Positions 10,259 to 20,716 of a stretch of 64,000 nt of DNA are shown here, piece after piece. A program made the position numbers and the translations under genes. The stretch is from a virus. Its lineage: Duplodnaviria; Caudoviricetes. The notes below the pieces were generated by a model, which was not told the origin of the DNA, made no database searches, and saw only the letters and a list, made by a program, of their open reading frames with translations. The stretch lies in IMG/VR virus record IMGVR_UViG_3300050034_000334; one strand, written 5' to 3'. Position 1 is the first letter of the stretch; every line of letters begins with the position of its first letter.

Positions 10259-11645
10259 GCGTGGAAATTGGTCTGTGCTGGGAGTGAAGAAAAACGACAA
10301 GCTGCTGGAAGCCATCGGTCAGCCAAGGATGATGCTGGAACTATCGGCTCTGGTTGCCCTGGTGAGTTGCAAGATGAAGGAAATCACGACGTCAGGCATC
10401 AATCCATTTGCTCAGCCTCGTCTGGATGAAACCATCTATGCAGTGACCAGTGATTCCACGGACGAGCCTTCAGACTTCCTGGAAAACTTGTACCACTATG
10501 CCAAGGACACCCCGGCTGACCGGGCGATCGCGGACATCGATCCCTACCTCCCATTCGTCGGACTCAGTGAATCCGACTACAGTCTGGGCGACGAGAAGTT
10601 TGCCTTCTGGTATGTCATCAATCAGTGGAAGGACTCGAACGACGCGGCGAGCTTCAAGGAGAAGCTCTGCTACGAGAGGTTCGAACGTCCATATGCGTTC
10701 ATCAGTGGAGACGACAAGAAGCGCATCGATGCAGAAGCCTCCTCACAGACGGCCATCCTCCGCCGGCAGTTTCCGGTCTTCATTGATTTCCGGGCGGGAC
10801 TGATCTTCGCCGAGACCACTGCAGGCCCCGAGATTGAGATCCTACTCGACACCTTCAAGACCATTGGGTTGGAAATCGAAGGTCGTCACTGGGAGTTTGA
10901 CAACGATCCTCTCTGGATGTTCAAGTTCCTGAACTTCGCGGCAGAGAACACCAAGTACAAGGAAGAATTCGCCAAGCGTGCCGAAGAACTGACCATGTTC
11001 TCCAAGGGCAACATTGCGAAGCTCGAGAACAAGGCCATGGAGGCAATTGTCTCGAACTACTATTCCTTGGCCGAACTTCCCAACTCTCTGTGGGCTGGCT
11101 TGAAGGCACCGGCTCAGTTCCGTCTGCATCCAGCGAGCGACACCCCTATTGGCGCCACGACACCGAGCAATGCGTGGACCGTGCTCAATTTCACGGATGA
11201 TGCTCAAGTGTTCGCTTCGGGCGTGGTCATCCAGGAACTTTACACCAGGATCAACAAGGCTGACCAGAGCGAGAAGATCATCCGCAAGGATCTCTTCACC
11301 CTCACCATCGACCCATCCATCAACAACTTGGACTTGGGCGTGGCCTTCCTCAAGGGATTCGATCTTCCCAAGATCAAGACGGAGATCAACCGTGAAGTGA
11401 AGAAGACCAAGACCAACCTGGCAATCTCTCAGTACTGGATGCGCTGGCTCCAGGAAATGGAAGAGGCCGTCCTCACCTTCATCAGTTGTGTTCGCGACAC
11501 CCTCGAACTTTCCGGCAGCGCCAAGGCTGGTATCCTCCCCATGGATCTCGACGATGACAAGAGCGGAACCTTTGTGATGGGCACGGACGTGAGTTCCGTC
11601 AGCGATTCGCCAGCTGTGGTGTTCATCGACAAGAAAACGGCATGA
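10251..11645 (+). CDS. Hypothetical 464 aa protein, weak RdgC-like segment
   Basis: Long ORF with strong coding bias. Confidence 0.6.
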   Translation: MYKRGNWSVLGVKKNDKLLEAIGQPRMMLELSALVALVSCKMKEITTSGINPFAQPRLDETIYAVTSDSTDEPSDFLENLYHYAKDTPADRAIADIDPYLPFVGLSESDYSLGDEKFAFWYVINQWKDSNDAASFKEKLCYERFERPYAFISGDDKKRIDAEASSQTAILRRQFPVFIDFRAGLIFAETTAGPEIEILLDTFKTIGLEIEGRHWEFDNDPLWMFKFLNFAAENTKYKEEFAKRAEELTMFSKGNIAKLENKAMEAIVSNYYSLAELPNSLWAGLKAPAQFRLHPASDTPIGATTPSNAWTVLNFTDDAQVFASGVVIQELYTRINKADQSEKIIRKDLFTLTIDPSINNLDLGVAFLKGFDLPKIKTEINREVKKTKTNLAISQYWMRWLQEMEEAVLTFISCVRDTLELSGSAKAGILPMDLDDDKSGTFVMGTDVSSVSDSPAVVFIDKKTA

Positions 11646-11651
11646 GGACTT

Positions 11652-11957
11652 ATGACCGCCAAAGAAGAAGTGATTGAAATCCTCAACAGGATGAGATTCA
11701 ACAGTGAGGACTTTACTCCCGAGACCATTGCTGATGCTTTGGAAGCAGAAAATCTCATCTCAATGAACGCTCATCTCGAGGCTCTCCGTCGCATCAGTGA
11801 GGCCCTGGGCCATCCGTATAGAGGCGACACCACCAAGTCCTGTCTCGACCTGGCAGACCTTGCTGTCATCAAGATTGGAATTGGTCTTGGGAAAGAAGAG
11901 GATCTAAAGAACAATCCGTTCAGGCAGCACTGGATTGAAATGGGAATGAAGCCGTGA
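11652..11957 (+). CDS. Hypothetical protein
   Basis: GAGGA RBS, ORF. Confidence 0.6.
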   Translation: MTAKEEVIEILNRMRFNSEDFTPETIADALEAENLISMNAHLEALRRISEALGHPYRGDTTKSCLDLADLAVIKIGIGLGKEEDLKNNPFRQHWIEMGMKP

Positions 11958-12673
11958 GAGTTACCTGCATATCCGACACTCATGGATTCCAAGGCCACAT
12001 GAGGTTGCCAGATGGAGATCTACTCATTCATGCTGGCGATTTTTCTATGAATGGAAATCCCATCCAGGTCCTCAATTTCCTAGCCTGGTTTGAAGAGGTG
12101 TGTTCGAAGTTTACCTATGGCGGTATTCTGATTGCGGGTAACCACGACCTCACACTCGATCCAAATCGTTGCTCAAAGGAAAACTTTGTTCTCATCAGTC
12201 ATCTGGTTCGACAGGGCAAACACTTCAAATACCTCGAAAACTCTCATGTGATCCTACCCAATGGCATCACAGTGTGGGGAAGCCCTTACACACCCTGGTT
12301 TCTGGGACACATCTGGGCTTTCAGTCAGACTGAGGACAAGCTCCAGTTGAACTGGTGGGGAATTCCTCAGGAGGTTGACATCCTCGTGACTCATGGCCCG
12401 GTGTGGGGCATTCTAGACCAGATCATCCCCGGGAGCGGTGAACATCTGGGCAGTCCTTCACTCAGAAATCTCATCGACAGAGTCTTTCATGACATGAAAC
12501 TTCATGTTGGAGGGCACATCCACGGAGGGTACGGGATTCACCAGGATCCTCGAGATTCAAGTGGTCGAATTTTTGTAAATCCGTCTTTCGTAGACGAGCG
12601 GTATCATCCAGTGAACGATCCTATTTCTGTGGAGATCAAGGAGAGAACAAATGGCTTCATCCAGAGGATATGA
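11954..12673 (+). CDS. Calcineurin-like metallophosphoesterase
   Basis: ISDTHG, HAGDF, AGNHD, VTHGP, GHIH motifs. Confidence 0.92.
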   Translation: MRVTCISDTHGFQGHMRLPDGDLLIHAGDFSMNGNPIQVLNFLAWFEEVCSKFTYGGILIAGNHDLTLDPNRCSKENFVLISHLVRQGKHFKYLENSHVILPNGITVWGSPYTPWFLGHIWAFSQTEDKLQLNWWGIPQEVDILVTHGPVWGILDQIIPGSGEHLGSPSLRNLIDRVFHDMKLHVGGHIHGGYGIHQDPRDSSGRIFVNPSFVDERYHPVNDPISVEIKERTNGFIQRI

Positions 12674-12995
12674 ATCACGTGTTTTGAAGGAACCAGCCCC
12701 AAATCGTATACGAGAACGCGATATGGACGAGTGTTGCAACGAGGCACCCAGTCCTTCTACGGACGACAGTTTGCTGAGAACAGCAGCCAGGAATCACGAA
12801 CTTTCCTGTGACATTGCCACCCTGATCTGCAATGTTGAAGACCTCCTGTTCGAACCCCGCAAGGATGCCAGCGAGGGTAAGACGGTTGAATCTCCCAGGA
12901 CGGTCGAGACCTTCTTGAACCAGACCGGCTCAAGTCTCCATTTCACCAAGAGACGTCTTGAGGTTCTGCTGGGCAGACTGGGAAGCAAGGGATAG
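12651..12995 (+). CDS. Hypothetical protein
   Basis: AGGAG RBS, ORF. Confidence 0.55.
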   Translation: MASSRGYESRVLKEPAPNRIRERDMDECCNEAPSPSTDDSLLRTAARNHELSCDIATLICNVEDLLFEPRKDASEGKTVESPRTVETFLNQTGSSLHFTKRRLEVLLGRLGSKG

Positions 12996-12996
12996 T

Positions 12997-13959
12997 TTGA
13001 ACACAAACGTCCTCATCATTGACGGAAGCAACGCGGCCCATCGCTTCAAGGCTGTGTTGCCTCCACTGAATGGCCCTCATGGAGAGCGGGTAGAGATCAT
13101 GCTGGGACTTCTCCGCATGATCTCCTCCACAGTTCGCAACAATACTGCCCAGGAGATCTACGTCTGCTGGGACGGTGATGGATCCCGGAAGATTCGAACA
13201 GACATCGATCCTGAATACAAGGCCAATCGAGGCGACAAGAACGACTTTGAGAAGAGCATGGACAGTCTCATGCACCGTCAGGTGGAATGGTTCTGGGAGC
13301 TCTTTGGTCAATATCTGCCGCTCACTTGGATCGTCTCGAACAAATACGAAGCTGACGATCTCATCGCGATGTTCTCTCATGCCTGCAGCAAGCGCGGCGA
13401 GAAGGCCCTGATCGTCTCCAACGACAAAGACATGCTCCAGCTGGTCACCAAGGAAGTCAGCATCTACAGTCCTTCCACCGAGAAGTACTGCACGCTGGCA
13501 AACTTTGCCGAGTACAGCAAGGGATTTCCCAGCCCAGAAGTCCACTTGATGGCCAAGATCCTCATGGGTGATGGTTCGGACAACGTCAAGGGAGTGGGTG
13601 GAGTCGGAGAGAAGACCGCCATCAAGTTGCTGGAAGAGTATGGGACCCTAGACCGTCTCGTGAGTTACCAGACCCCGGCGCTCGAGAAGTTGAAGGTCGG
13701 AAGGAACATCAAGGCTGGCGTAGATCGCATCAAGATGAATCGGGAATTGATGTCGCTTTCACTTCCCTTTCACTTCCGACCGGACATGAAGTCGGTAGAA
13801 GTGAAGGAGGGAGTCTTGAATCCCGAGGCGTTTCGCAAGAGCTTGATCAAAATGGAGTTCATGTCCATCTTGGCTTCGTACACTCAGTTCATGCGCGCCT
13901 TCGAGTACAATCCAGTGTCAGAAGAACAAGAACTCTTTGATAACGAAGAGACGTTCTAG
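12997..13959 (+). CDS. 5'-3' exonuclease / flap endonuclease (PolA N-terminal / T5 D15-like)
   Basis: LIIDG, WDG, YKANR, EADDLI, SNDKDMLQL, GDGSDNVKGVGGVGEKTA. Confidence 0.93.
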   Translation: MNTNVLIIDGSNAAHRFKAVLPPLNGPHGERVEIMLGLLRMISSTVRNNTAQEIYVCWDGDGSRKIRTDIDPEYKANRGDKNDFEKSMDSLMHRQVEWFWELFGQYLPLTWIVSNKYEADDLIAMFSHACSKRGEKALIVSNDKDMLQLVTKEVSIYSPSTEKYCTLANFAEYSKGFPSPEVHLMAKILMGDGSDNVKGVGGVGEKTAIKLLEEYGTLDRLVSYQTPALEKLKVGRNIKAGVDRIKMNRELMSLSLPFHFRPDMKSVEVKEGVLNPEAFRKSLIKMEFMSILASYTQFMRAFEYNPVSEEQELFDNEETF

Positions 13960-13988
13960 TAACCCATTGAAGACTGGAACGAGTAGAG
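13959..13988 (+). promoter_or_regulatory. Bipartite promoter-like motif GTAACCC-N17-GTAGAG; ATG 6 nt downstream
   Basis: Motif match. Confidence 0.6.
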
Positions 13989-13994
13989 GGTCAG

Positions 13995-14450
13995 ATGGAA
14001 ATCGAAGTGATCACAGGCGATTGTGTCACTGGACACATCGTCGAACCTGAAGATGGCAGCAACCCCATTGGGTTCTCTGCTCGCAGTAACGATCACACCG
14101 GCTGGGTTCGTCTGACCGTTGGTCAGGATGCAAACTCAGTATCCTTCGAAGGCAAGAAGGAAGAGCTTCAGAAGTTGGTTGCCGATATGCAAGAGGTCCT
14201 GAACGACATGACCGAACCCTGGCCAGAGATATCTACCACGATGAATAACTTGCACTGGGATGGCAACCTGACTTGTGTTGAGATTGACAAAACGCACAGA
14301 CACGTAACACTTGACGATGCCGGTAGACCAGCTATAGATGGATACTGCGTGCCAGATACTGTGATTGGTCGTGCACAGCTTCAAATGGCACTACAAGCTG
14401 ACGACATTGCAGGCTTTGCTCCGCTCGCTTTGGAACACGATGATGCCTGA
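13995..14450 (+). CDS. Hypothetical protein
   Basis: ORF directly after motif. Confidence 0.6.
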   Translation: MEIEVITGDCVTGHIVEPEDGSNPIGFSARSNDHTGWVRLTVGQDANSVSFEGKKEELQKLVADMQEVLNDMTEPWPEISTTMNNLHWDGNLTCVEIDKTHRHVTLDDAGRPAIDGYCVPDTVIGRAQLQMALQADDIAGFAPLALEHDDA

Positions 14451-14682
14451 CATGAGCATGGGATCTAAGAGACCAAAGCAAATGAATTGCCGATATGAAC
14501 CGGCATATCCTGATCATGCTACGGTGTGCTTTGCTGAACATGGAGGATCATCAATGGTGGTTCATTCTATTTCACAACGATGTTCAGTAGAATACCCACA
14601 CGAATTCACAAATTGTGGCGAATTTGATCCTCCTAGAGTCTTAGCTGCCATTTTGGGAGTAGTTTCACCTCTTCTGTTCTGA
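14440..14682 (+). CDS. Small hypothetical protein
   Basis: ORF overlapping previous stop. Confidence 0.4.
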   Translation: MMPDMSMGSKRPKQMNCRYEPAYPDHATVCFAEHGGSSMVVHSISQRCSVEYPHEFTNCGEFDPPRVLAAILGVVSPLLF

Positions 14683-15562
14683 CCAATTCTTTCAATCTGT
14701 CATTGCTGACTTTTTGTGGGTTATCCTCTTCTGTTAGAACCTTGAATTTGTCTCCTAAAACAGCTTGGGCGGCTGCAAATTTGGCTTTGTTTCCGGCAGT
14801 ATAGGTCAAGGCTTCGGGTTTTATCTCAATGAACTCTCCTGTGATTGGAAGGAAGAAATCGGCAAAGAAGGTCTTTGTACCAGTTGAGGTCTGATATGAG
14901 ATTCCGTAGCATTTCTTCTCAGCAGTCTCCCAGACCACTCCTTCCTTATCAAATTTCAACATGTAGGAAAGCTCAAGGAGACTTCGAAAGTAGTGACCCT
15001 TATACCAACCACTCCACCCACAACCAGAGCCAATAGGAGAAGGCTTTCCGAACATAGGGTTGTTGGAACCGGAAGAATCCAAACTTTGCTTTTCTTTGAA
15101 TTTTGACAAACGAAGATCAGCTTCTTCTTTACCAAATTTGGAGAGCCACACAGAGTAAAACGAACGACCACTCATTGGGTTATCACTGGTCATGAGATCA
15201 CTGTGAGCCTTCTTGCGAGTTGGATTCCAAGGACGTCCTATCTTTGAGTTGACGTCTACTCTGAGACGACCAGCTTCATCTTCTCCGTACTTCTCTCTCC
15301 AAAGAGAATCCACTGATTTACCAAACATGAGGTTCTTATTCCCAGTACACGAACGATGAAATTGAGCAGCTTTTTCTAAAGCAGTATTGGAAAGACGATG
15401 ACCTTTTCTTTTGTCGCTTACGATCTTTCGAGCCTCCGTAGTCCATCGACGACTAGAGGCACATTTGCGACATATTCTGGATTCATTCATCGCCATTTGT
15501 TGTTCTCGCTGATTTTTGTGAATGACTTCACGACCACATTGAGGACAAATTCTTGGATACAT
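14633..15562 (-). CDS. Homing endonuclease with NUMOD3 and TnsA-like PD-(D/E)XK domain
   Basis: NPMSG/NPMFG, YFRSLLELSY, FFADFFLP..GEFIEIKP. Confidence 0.75.
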   Translation of the reverse strand: MYPRICPQCGREVIHKNQREQQMAMNESRICRKCASSRRWTTEARKIVSDKRKGHRLSNTALEKAAQFHRSCTGNKNLMFGKSVDSLWREKYGEDEAGRLRVDVNSKIGRPWNPTRKKAHSDLMTSDNPMSGRSFYSVWLSKFGKEEADLRLSKFKEKQSLDSSGSNNPMFGKPSPIGSGCGWSGWYKGHYFRSLLELSYMLKFDKEGVVWETAEKKCYGISYQTSTGTKTFFADFFLPITGEFIEIKPEALTYTAGNKAKFAAAQAVLGDKFKVLTEEDNPQKVSNDRLKELVRTEEVKLLPKWQLRL

Positions 15563-15618
15563 ACTAGAGAATTCGGTAGTCTCTTCCTTGAGGCAACTAT
15601 CGGGATAGGACTTATCCC

Positions 15619-16758
15619 TTGTCTCTGATAACTCACAGACCCAAGAATTTCAACGATGTTGTGGGTCAGACTCGAGCAATTCGTGTGCTCACAGCAATTA
15701 TGACCAAAGCTATCTTTATTCCAAGAGGTTTCCTACTCGAAGGGCAAGTAGGAACCGGCAAAACCTCTGTTGGCTACCTTCTTGCGAAGGCCCTGATGTG
15801 TCACAACGATCCTCTGGGCTGCAACAGTTGCCCTTCCTGCATTCTCATAGCCGAACAAGGAATTGAGCAGCACCCAGACTTCCTAGAAGTGGACGCGGCG
15901 AGCAATCGAGGGGTGGAGAACGCTCGCAACATCCTACTCCAAGCGGAGTCCTTGTCAGTTATAGGGAAGCGGCGGGTGGTGTTGATTGACGAGGCTCATG
16001 ACCTGACAACGCTGGCCTGGGATGTCTTTCTGAAGCCTTTGGAAGTGAAGGACAACAACAGCGTGTTTATCTTCGCTTCGAGCGAGGGTGATTCCATTCC
16101 CAAGACCATCCGATCACGTTGCGCCAAGGCTCGTTTCAACATCATTCCTGAGGATCTTCTGCTTGGTTTGCTCTGTAACACAGCCAATGCACACAACATC
16201 AAGTACGACATGGATGCGATGAAACTGATTGCCAGGGTGTCCAAGGGAATCGTGCGCGATGCCTACACCACTTTGGACTCGGTTGCTTCGATGGGATTGG
16301 TCACCAAGGAACTCGTACAGGCTGTCGTAGATACAAGCCTAGACGATTCATGCGTGAAGATCTTTCTCCATATCCTTCGCAAAGAGCAAATCGAGGCTTG
16401 CAAGATCTGCGACGAAGCCTGTGGTGCCAACTCTCCGGTCAAGGTCATCCAGACGATGTTTGAAGTTTATGGCAGGGCGATCTTCAAGCCAGAGGGACCG
16501 GCTCATGAAGCCATTCGAGCCGGATTGGGTAACGTATCATTGGTTACTTCAGTTTTCATAAAGTGGAGCCTGCTTTCGAGCCTATCATTGGATGCGATGC
16601 CTTTGTTCATCATCGACATGATGAACATGCTTGAACCTGAAAATAGACAGACAAACAGGCAAACGTATGTTATCTCCGGTCCTTCTAAATCAGATATGGC
16701 AGAGGAAGTACTCAATATTCGGGAGCTACTGCAGCAAACTGGTGGTCATGTCGATTAA
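15619..16758 (+). CDS. dnaX: DNA polymerase III gamma/tau-like clamp loader subunit
   Basis: HRPKNFNDVVGQ, GQVGTGKT, CNSCPSC, DFLEVDAASNRGVE, IDEAH, TIRSRC. Confidence 0.92.
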   Translation: MSLITHRPKNFNDVVGQTRAIRVLTAIMTKAIFIPRGFLLEGQVGTGKTSVGYLLAKALMCHNDPLGCNSCPSCILIAEQGIEQHPDFLEVDAASNRGVENARNILLQAESLSVIGKRRVVLIDEAHDLTTLAWDVFLKPLEVKDNNSVFIFASSEGDSIPKTIRSRCAKARFNIIPEDLLLGLLCNTANAHNIKYDMDAMKLIARVSKGIVRDAYTTLDSVASMGLVTKELVQAVVDTSLDDSCVKIFLHILRKEQIEACKICDEACGANSPVKVIQTMFEVYGRAIFKPEGPAHEAIRAGLGNVSLVTSVFIKWSLLSSLSLDAMPLFIIDMMNMLEPENRQTNRQTYVISGPSKSDMAEEVLNIRELLQQTGGHVD

Positions 16759-16869
16759 TCGAATATTTTCTTCAAATTGCTCGTTATGTGAAATTCACAG
16801 TATAGATTAGTAGCCATCGGTGTCGGTTGTTCTCTGTTAACCTTGCCTTCACCGACAACTGAGGTTACT

Positions 16870-17445
16870 ATGTCCTGCATCTACTTGCTGACTAACGTAG
16901 TGAACAAAAAAGTCTATGTTGGCAAGACAAAAGGAGATCCTCTCTTCCGTTGGAGGGAACACGTACACGATGCGAATAACGGAAGTATTCTTCCATTTCA
17001 CTGTGCATTGCGTAAGTACGGAGTAGAGAATTTTCAGTTGTCAACTTTGGTGCTTGGAGATTACTCTAGAGAAGATCTGAATAATTTAGAAAAACAGTTC
17101 ATCTCTGATTACCAATCCTACCCTCCAAATCTTGGATTTGGATACAATTCCAGCCCAGGAGGAGATGGTGGTGCAGAGATTGCACTTGGACCAAAAAGTC
17201 AAGCAACTCGTGACAAGATATCAAAATCCAGACTGGGTTATGTGGTTCCTAGAGAGCAAGTAGAAAGACAGCGAGCTAAACTACTAGGAAGAAAGCAGTC
17301 TCCTGAGCACATTAAGAAGAGATTGGCTCATCTTGGGGATAGAAACCATAAAAACCTAGGAAGAACTTTGTCACCAGAGTGGAGAGCTCACATTTCTCTT
17401 GGTCTTCTAAAATGGAACAGAAAGAAGACGGAGGTGGAGGCTTGA
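16870..17445 (+). CDS. GIY-YIG homing endonuclease with NUMOD3
   Basis: CIYLLTNVVNKKVYVGKT, GYNSSPGG, QSPEHIKKR. Confidence 0.88.
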   Translation: MSCIYLLTNVVNKKVYVGKTKGDPLFRWREHVHDANNGSILPFHCALRKYGVENFQLSTLVLGDYSREDLNNLEKQFISDYQSYPPNLGFGYNSSPGGDGGAEIALGPKSQATRDKISKSRLGYVVPREQVERQRAKLLGRKQSPEHIKKRLAHLGDRNHKNLGRTLSPEWRAHISLGLLKWNRKKTEVEA

Positions 17446-18626
17446 TCCTTTTTTATGGGGACAGAAAGGTTCTAGAAGGCCGGGTGTGGTACCTTCTCGA
17501 GCTGTCTAGTGATAAGACTGTTCAGTCTATCATGAAACGGGTCGGAAAGGCCATACCGAGCATATTTCGGGACCAATCTATAGAAATTTTCCTCCCAGTA
17601 TTTGAGCGCGATCTCGATGAGTTCGACATGCGAACTGGCAACTATATCTTTGCCAGATCCACTGGACTTACACAGTTACTTAGACTCAAGACCATAACTG
17701 GAATAGTGGGAATTGTAACTGAGGGCGAGTGTAATCGACCTTCAAAAGCCATCTTGGTTGAAGACGACTATGTTCAGCAAGTCATGTGCGATGCCAAGAA
17801 GGCATTCGATGACAGGATCTTGGGGATCAAGGTCGGCAGTTTCGTGAGGATTCTCGATGGGGAGACCCGCGACTATTGTGGCAAGGTGACTGTGATTCAC
17901 GACGGCAAGGCGGCGGTCCAGGTCGAGCTCAAGACGAAGCTGGTTATCATAGAAACACCCCTTCGAAATCTCATCAATCTTCCTCATGTCCCTCCGGAAC
18001 AGCAGGTCTTCTACTATGGACCTCTGGTGAAGGAGATGATGGACGAGCAGCAGGACAACGGTCGACTTCTGGTCGAGGAAGATCTTGAGTACGAAGATGA
18101 GATCCCGGTCGAGGTGGACATTCCTCTCATCACAGATGACATCAATCACCATTCCAGACAGAAGACCATCACGGCGCTCGCCAAGCGTTTGGTCTTTGAA
18201 GGAATCACTGAGCCGGTGCCCTTGGCTGCCAGAGTGATCACTGCCATCAAGGCTCACGAGGTCAAGGCCCCGAAGAATCTCTTCATCGTTTACTGCGTGC
18301 TGAAATCCTCTCTGATGGACAATCACTTCACCAAGATCGATCCCACGATCAAGAACTATCGCGATGTCATACACAAGTTTGGCAAGTCATACAAGTTTTC
18401 TGCCAACGACATCGCGGAGATCGATCCAGAGCTTGGCATTCCGATCACAACCATTGGTGTTTGCAATGACGGACGATCTCGTGAGGCTCGTCTCAAGAAG
18501 CTGATGATGGCTTCAAGTAGTGAACCTGAGACAGTCCTTTGCATAGTGGAACCAGAGAAAACGATCATTCGTAGTATCGAGAATGAGCCTCACGAAATGC
18601 GGTTGCTGACTGCCGGAGTGAATTGA
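17442..18626 (+). CDS. NusG-family transcription factor (NGN+KOW) with ~200 aa C-terminal extension
   Basis: WYLLEL, EIFLP, GNYIFAR, IKVGSFVRILDG..RDYCGKVTVI; TTG start with GGAGG RBS. Confidence 0.75.
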   Translation: MILFYGDRKVLEGRVWYLLELSSDKTVQSIMKRVGKAIPSIFRDQSIEIFLPVFERDLDEFDMRTGNYIFARSTGLTQLLRLKTITGIVGIVTEGECNRPSKAILVEDDYVQQVMCDAKKAFDDRILGIKVGSFVRILDGETRDYCGKVTVIHDGKAAVQVELKTKLVIIETPLRNLINLPHVPPEQQVFYYGPLVKEMMDEQQDNGRLLVEEDLEYEDEIPVEVDIPLITDDINHHSRQKTITALAKRLVFEGITEPVPLAARVITAIKAHEVKAPKNLFIVYCVLKSSLMDNHFTKIDPTIKNYRDVIHKFGKSYKFSANDIAEIDPELGIPITTIGVCNDGRSREARLKKLMMASSSEPETVLCIVEPEKTIIRSIENEPHEMRLLTAGVN

Positions 18627-19231
18627 TGGAAGTCAAGAGAGAAATTGTCCACAGGCTCACGTTTGTCAATGACTGCGGTTGCCAGTCCATACGAGAGTAC
18701 AAGGATCAGATGTGCAAGGAGCCTATGGGTGGCAGCAAGTTCACAGCTTGTGATGTCCACAAGGCCAAATCTCAGGACGTCCAGGAAATCCTGGAAATGA
18801 TGACCAATCAGGCTCTGGATAGAGAGGCTAGTAGCACCCCGGCTCCTCCTGTTCAGCATGTCTCCGGACCGGATGCTCGGTTTCCGTTATTGGGGAATGT
18901 CGTGGTCACAGAAGGCTCGAGCACTGTGGTCGCTACGGGCGGCGGAAAAGCAACGACCATGCATATGCCAAACATGCCCAAGAGGAATCCTGAAGACATT
19001 CTCAATCCTCGGACAGTTAGCCGCACAGTTGTAACCACATCCAGAAAATCCTCCAAGACAGCGGCTCCGGCTGCTCTCGATATGCATGATGAGGACGCTG
19101 CACTCTTTGCCGGCGCAGGATCGGATGCTCAGATGGATGAGGTAGAAGAGCACGAAGGTCTTACGGCTCTTCTGGACAATGGTGGCTTGGGTTCACTTGA
19201 AGATGATCCCGATCGCTCTACTTCTTCTTAG
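18623..19231 (+). CDS. Hypothetical protein (N-terminal Cys/His cluster, acidic tail)
   Basis: ORF. Confidence 0.6.
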   Translation: MMEVKREIVHRLTFVNDCGCQSIREYKDQMCKEPMGGSKFTACDVHKAKSQDVQEILEMMTNQALDREASSTPAPPVQHVSGPDARFPLLGNVVVTEGSSTVVATGGGKATTMHMPNMPKRNPEDILNPRTVSRTVVTTSRKSSKTAAPAALDMHDEDAALFAGAGSDAQMDEVEEHEGLTALLDNGGLGSLEDDPDRSTSS

Positions 19232-19535
19232 CAGCTTCTCGTCTTAGAGAATTCCAAATCCAGGTTCTCCAAGCGGATTCGGTATCTAGAATCTGACTTT
19301 TCGAAGTCGGTTGAGGAGCATCGTCACACCAGGCGAACTCCATTCCCTTTGTTGTGTGAGACACCATCACGAGGGTTCCCCTGGGAGGATCTTTCACAGG
19401 TAGACCACCATGCTTTAGATCTTGAAAGAGGAGGCGAGCTACATCCATCCAAGTGGGATCTTCTCCTAACCTGTTATGCCTGATTTTAATGGGAATGATG
19501 GAGATTTCGTCTTGAATTGGAGAACAAGTAGCCAT
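19218..19535 (-). CDS. Hypothetical protein
   Basis: ORF with GAGG RBS. Confidence 0.55.
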   Translation of the reverse strand: MATCSPIQDEISIIPIKIRHNRLGEDPTWMDVARLLFQDLKHGGLPVKDPPRGTLVMVSHTTKGMEFAWCDDAPQPTSKSQILDTESAWRTWIWNSLRREAAKKK

Positions 19536-19579
19536 ATTTATCCCTCAGAACTGGATACTCAGATTCAGCTTCCTTTCTA

Positions 19580-20534
19580 CTATCGTCTCGCGATGAAAAT
19601 CTTGTGACCCGCAGGTTTCAGCGGCTTGTTTTCCGGCCCCTTGATGTATGCTTCGATGAAGATCTTCTTGAAAGATCCATCCTTGTACGGCTGATTCCGC
19701 CAGTGTCCACTGACTTCCCATTGCCATTGCCAGTCTACCGGGTGCAGTTCGTCACTCTTGGGACGATCCTCTTCCAATCGGCGAAGGCTGATCACTCTGA
19801 CATCAGGAGAGATCTTCTCGTTGGCACGCTCGTGACGGCGGCGGGTGGGACGGTCGACGGGAACGGAAGTGTGATGAGAGAGTCGCTGGGCCATGAGATA
19901 CTGAGCAGCATACACCCAGCGCATCTCATGCTTCATGTCAGATTCGCGACCCTTCAAGTATGCTCCCATTCCAAAGGATTTGGACTCGAAGTCGTGGATC
20001 CTGTCGATCAGTTTGTCGCCTTGGGAGAGAGTGAAGTGTGACCAGCAGCCGAACCCGGTCTTTCCGGGCATATAGCTCTCGAAATCTTGGTAGCAGAGGA
20101 AGTACATCTTGGTCTCAGAGACTTTGAACCATCCCAAGGCAGAGACCCTGAGACCAGTCCCTCCAATTTCGCTCTTATAACGGGATCCTCCAGTCCAGGA
20201 TTTTGCAACTCCGGATTGGGAACTTCGAAGGGAACTTCAATCCACATCCATCCTTGGGGAGAATGGACCCAGGACATCTCGAACTCGATGTCGTCTGGGA
20301 TGGTGGATCGTGCGTTCTCTACCAGAGAGCAGAAGTTCTTGTTCATGAAGAAGGTGTCGCCGGTTTCCAATGCGTGTTGGTATGCGGGAAGAGCCTCTAG
20401 ATATGAGGATGCAGCTTTTGGCCATCCCGATTGGCAATCCTGGTGATGTGATTCCAGGCCGGTCCTCCCTCTATTCTGGCCCATTTGAGCCAACGGAAGC
20501 GGACTTCGATCGCATTGATGTACTCGCTCTTCAT
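19580..20534 (-). pseudogene. Phage hypothetical gene split into three frames by two -1 shifts
   Basis: Frames 20534-20397, 20493-20008 and ~20238-19580 overlap sequentially; C-terminal VSGHWRNQPY...IFIEAYIKGP motif. Confidence 0.6.
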
Positions 20535-20716
20535 CTTACTCTCACAATTTCTCCAGTTGGTCTCTTCTCAAGGAACTTGACACAGACGTCCCAAAATAGA
20601 GCATCGGGGTGATTCAGGTAGGCACCTGCCAGCAAGCCAAACAACAGAGCCAAAGTGGTCTGCTCGTTGGTTATCACCGCAGCGGCGATGTAGCGGCAGT
20701 CGCTAGAATCTCGCAC
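20531..20716 (-). CDS. Small hypothetical protein
   Basis: GTG start overlapping previous TAG; stop overlaps next ATG. Confidence 0.45.
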   Translation of the reverse strand: MRDSSDCRYIAAAVITNEQTTLALLFGLLAGAYLNHPDALFWDVCVKFLEKRPTGEIVRVR

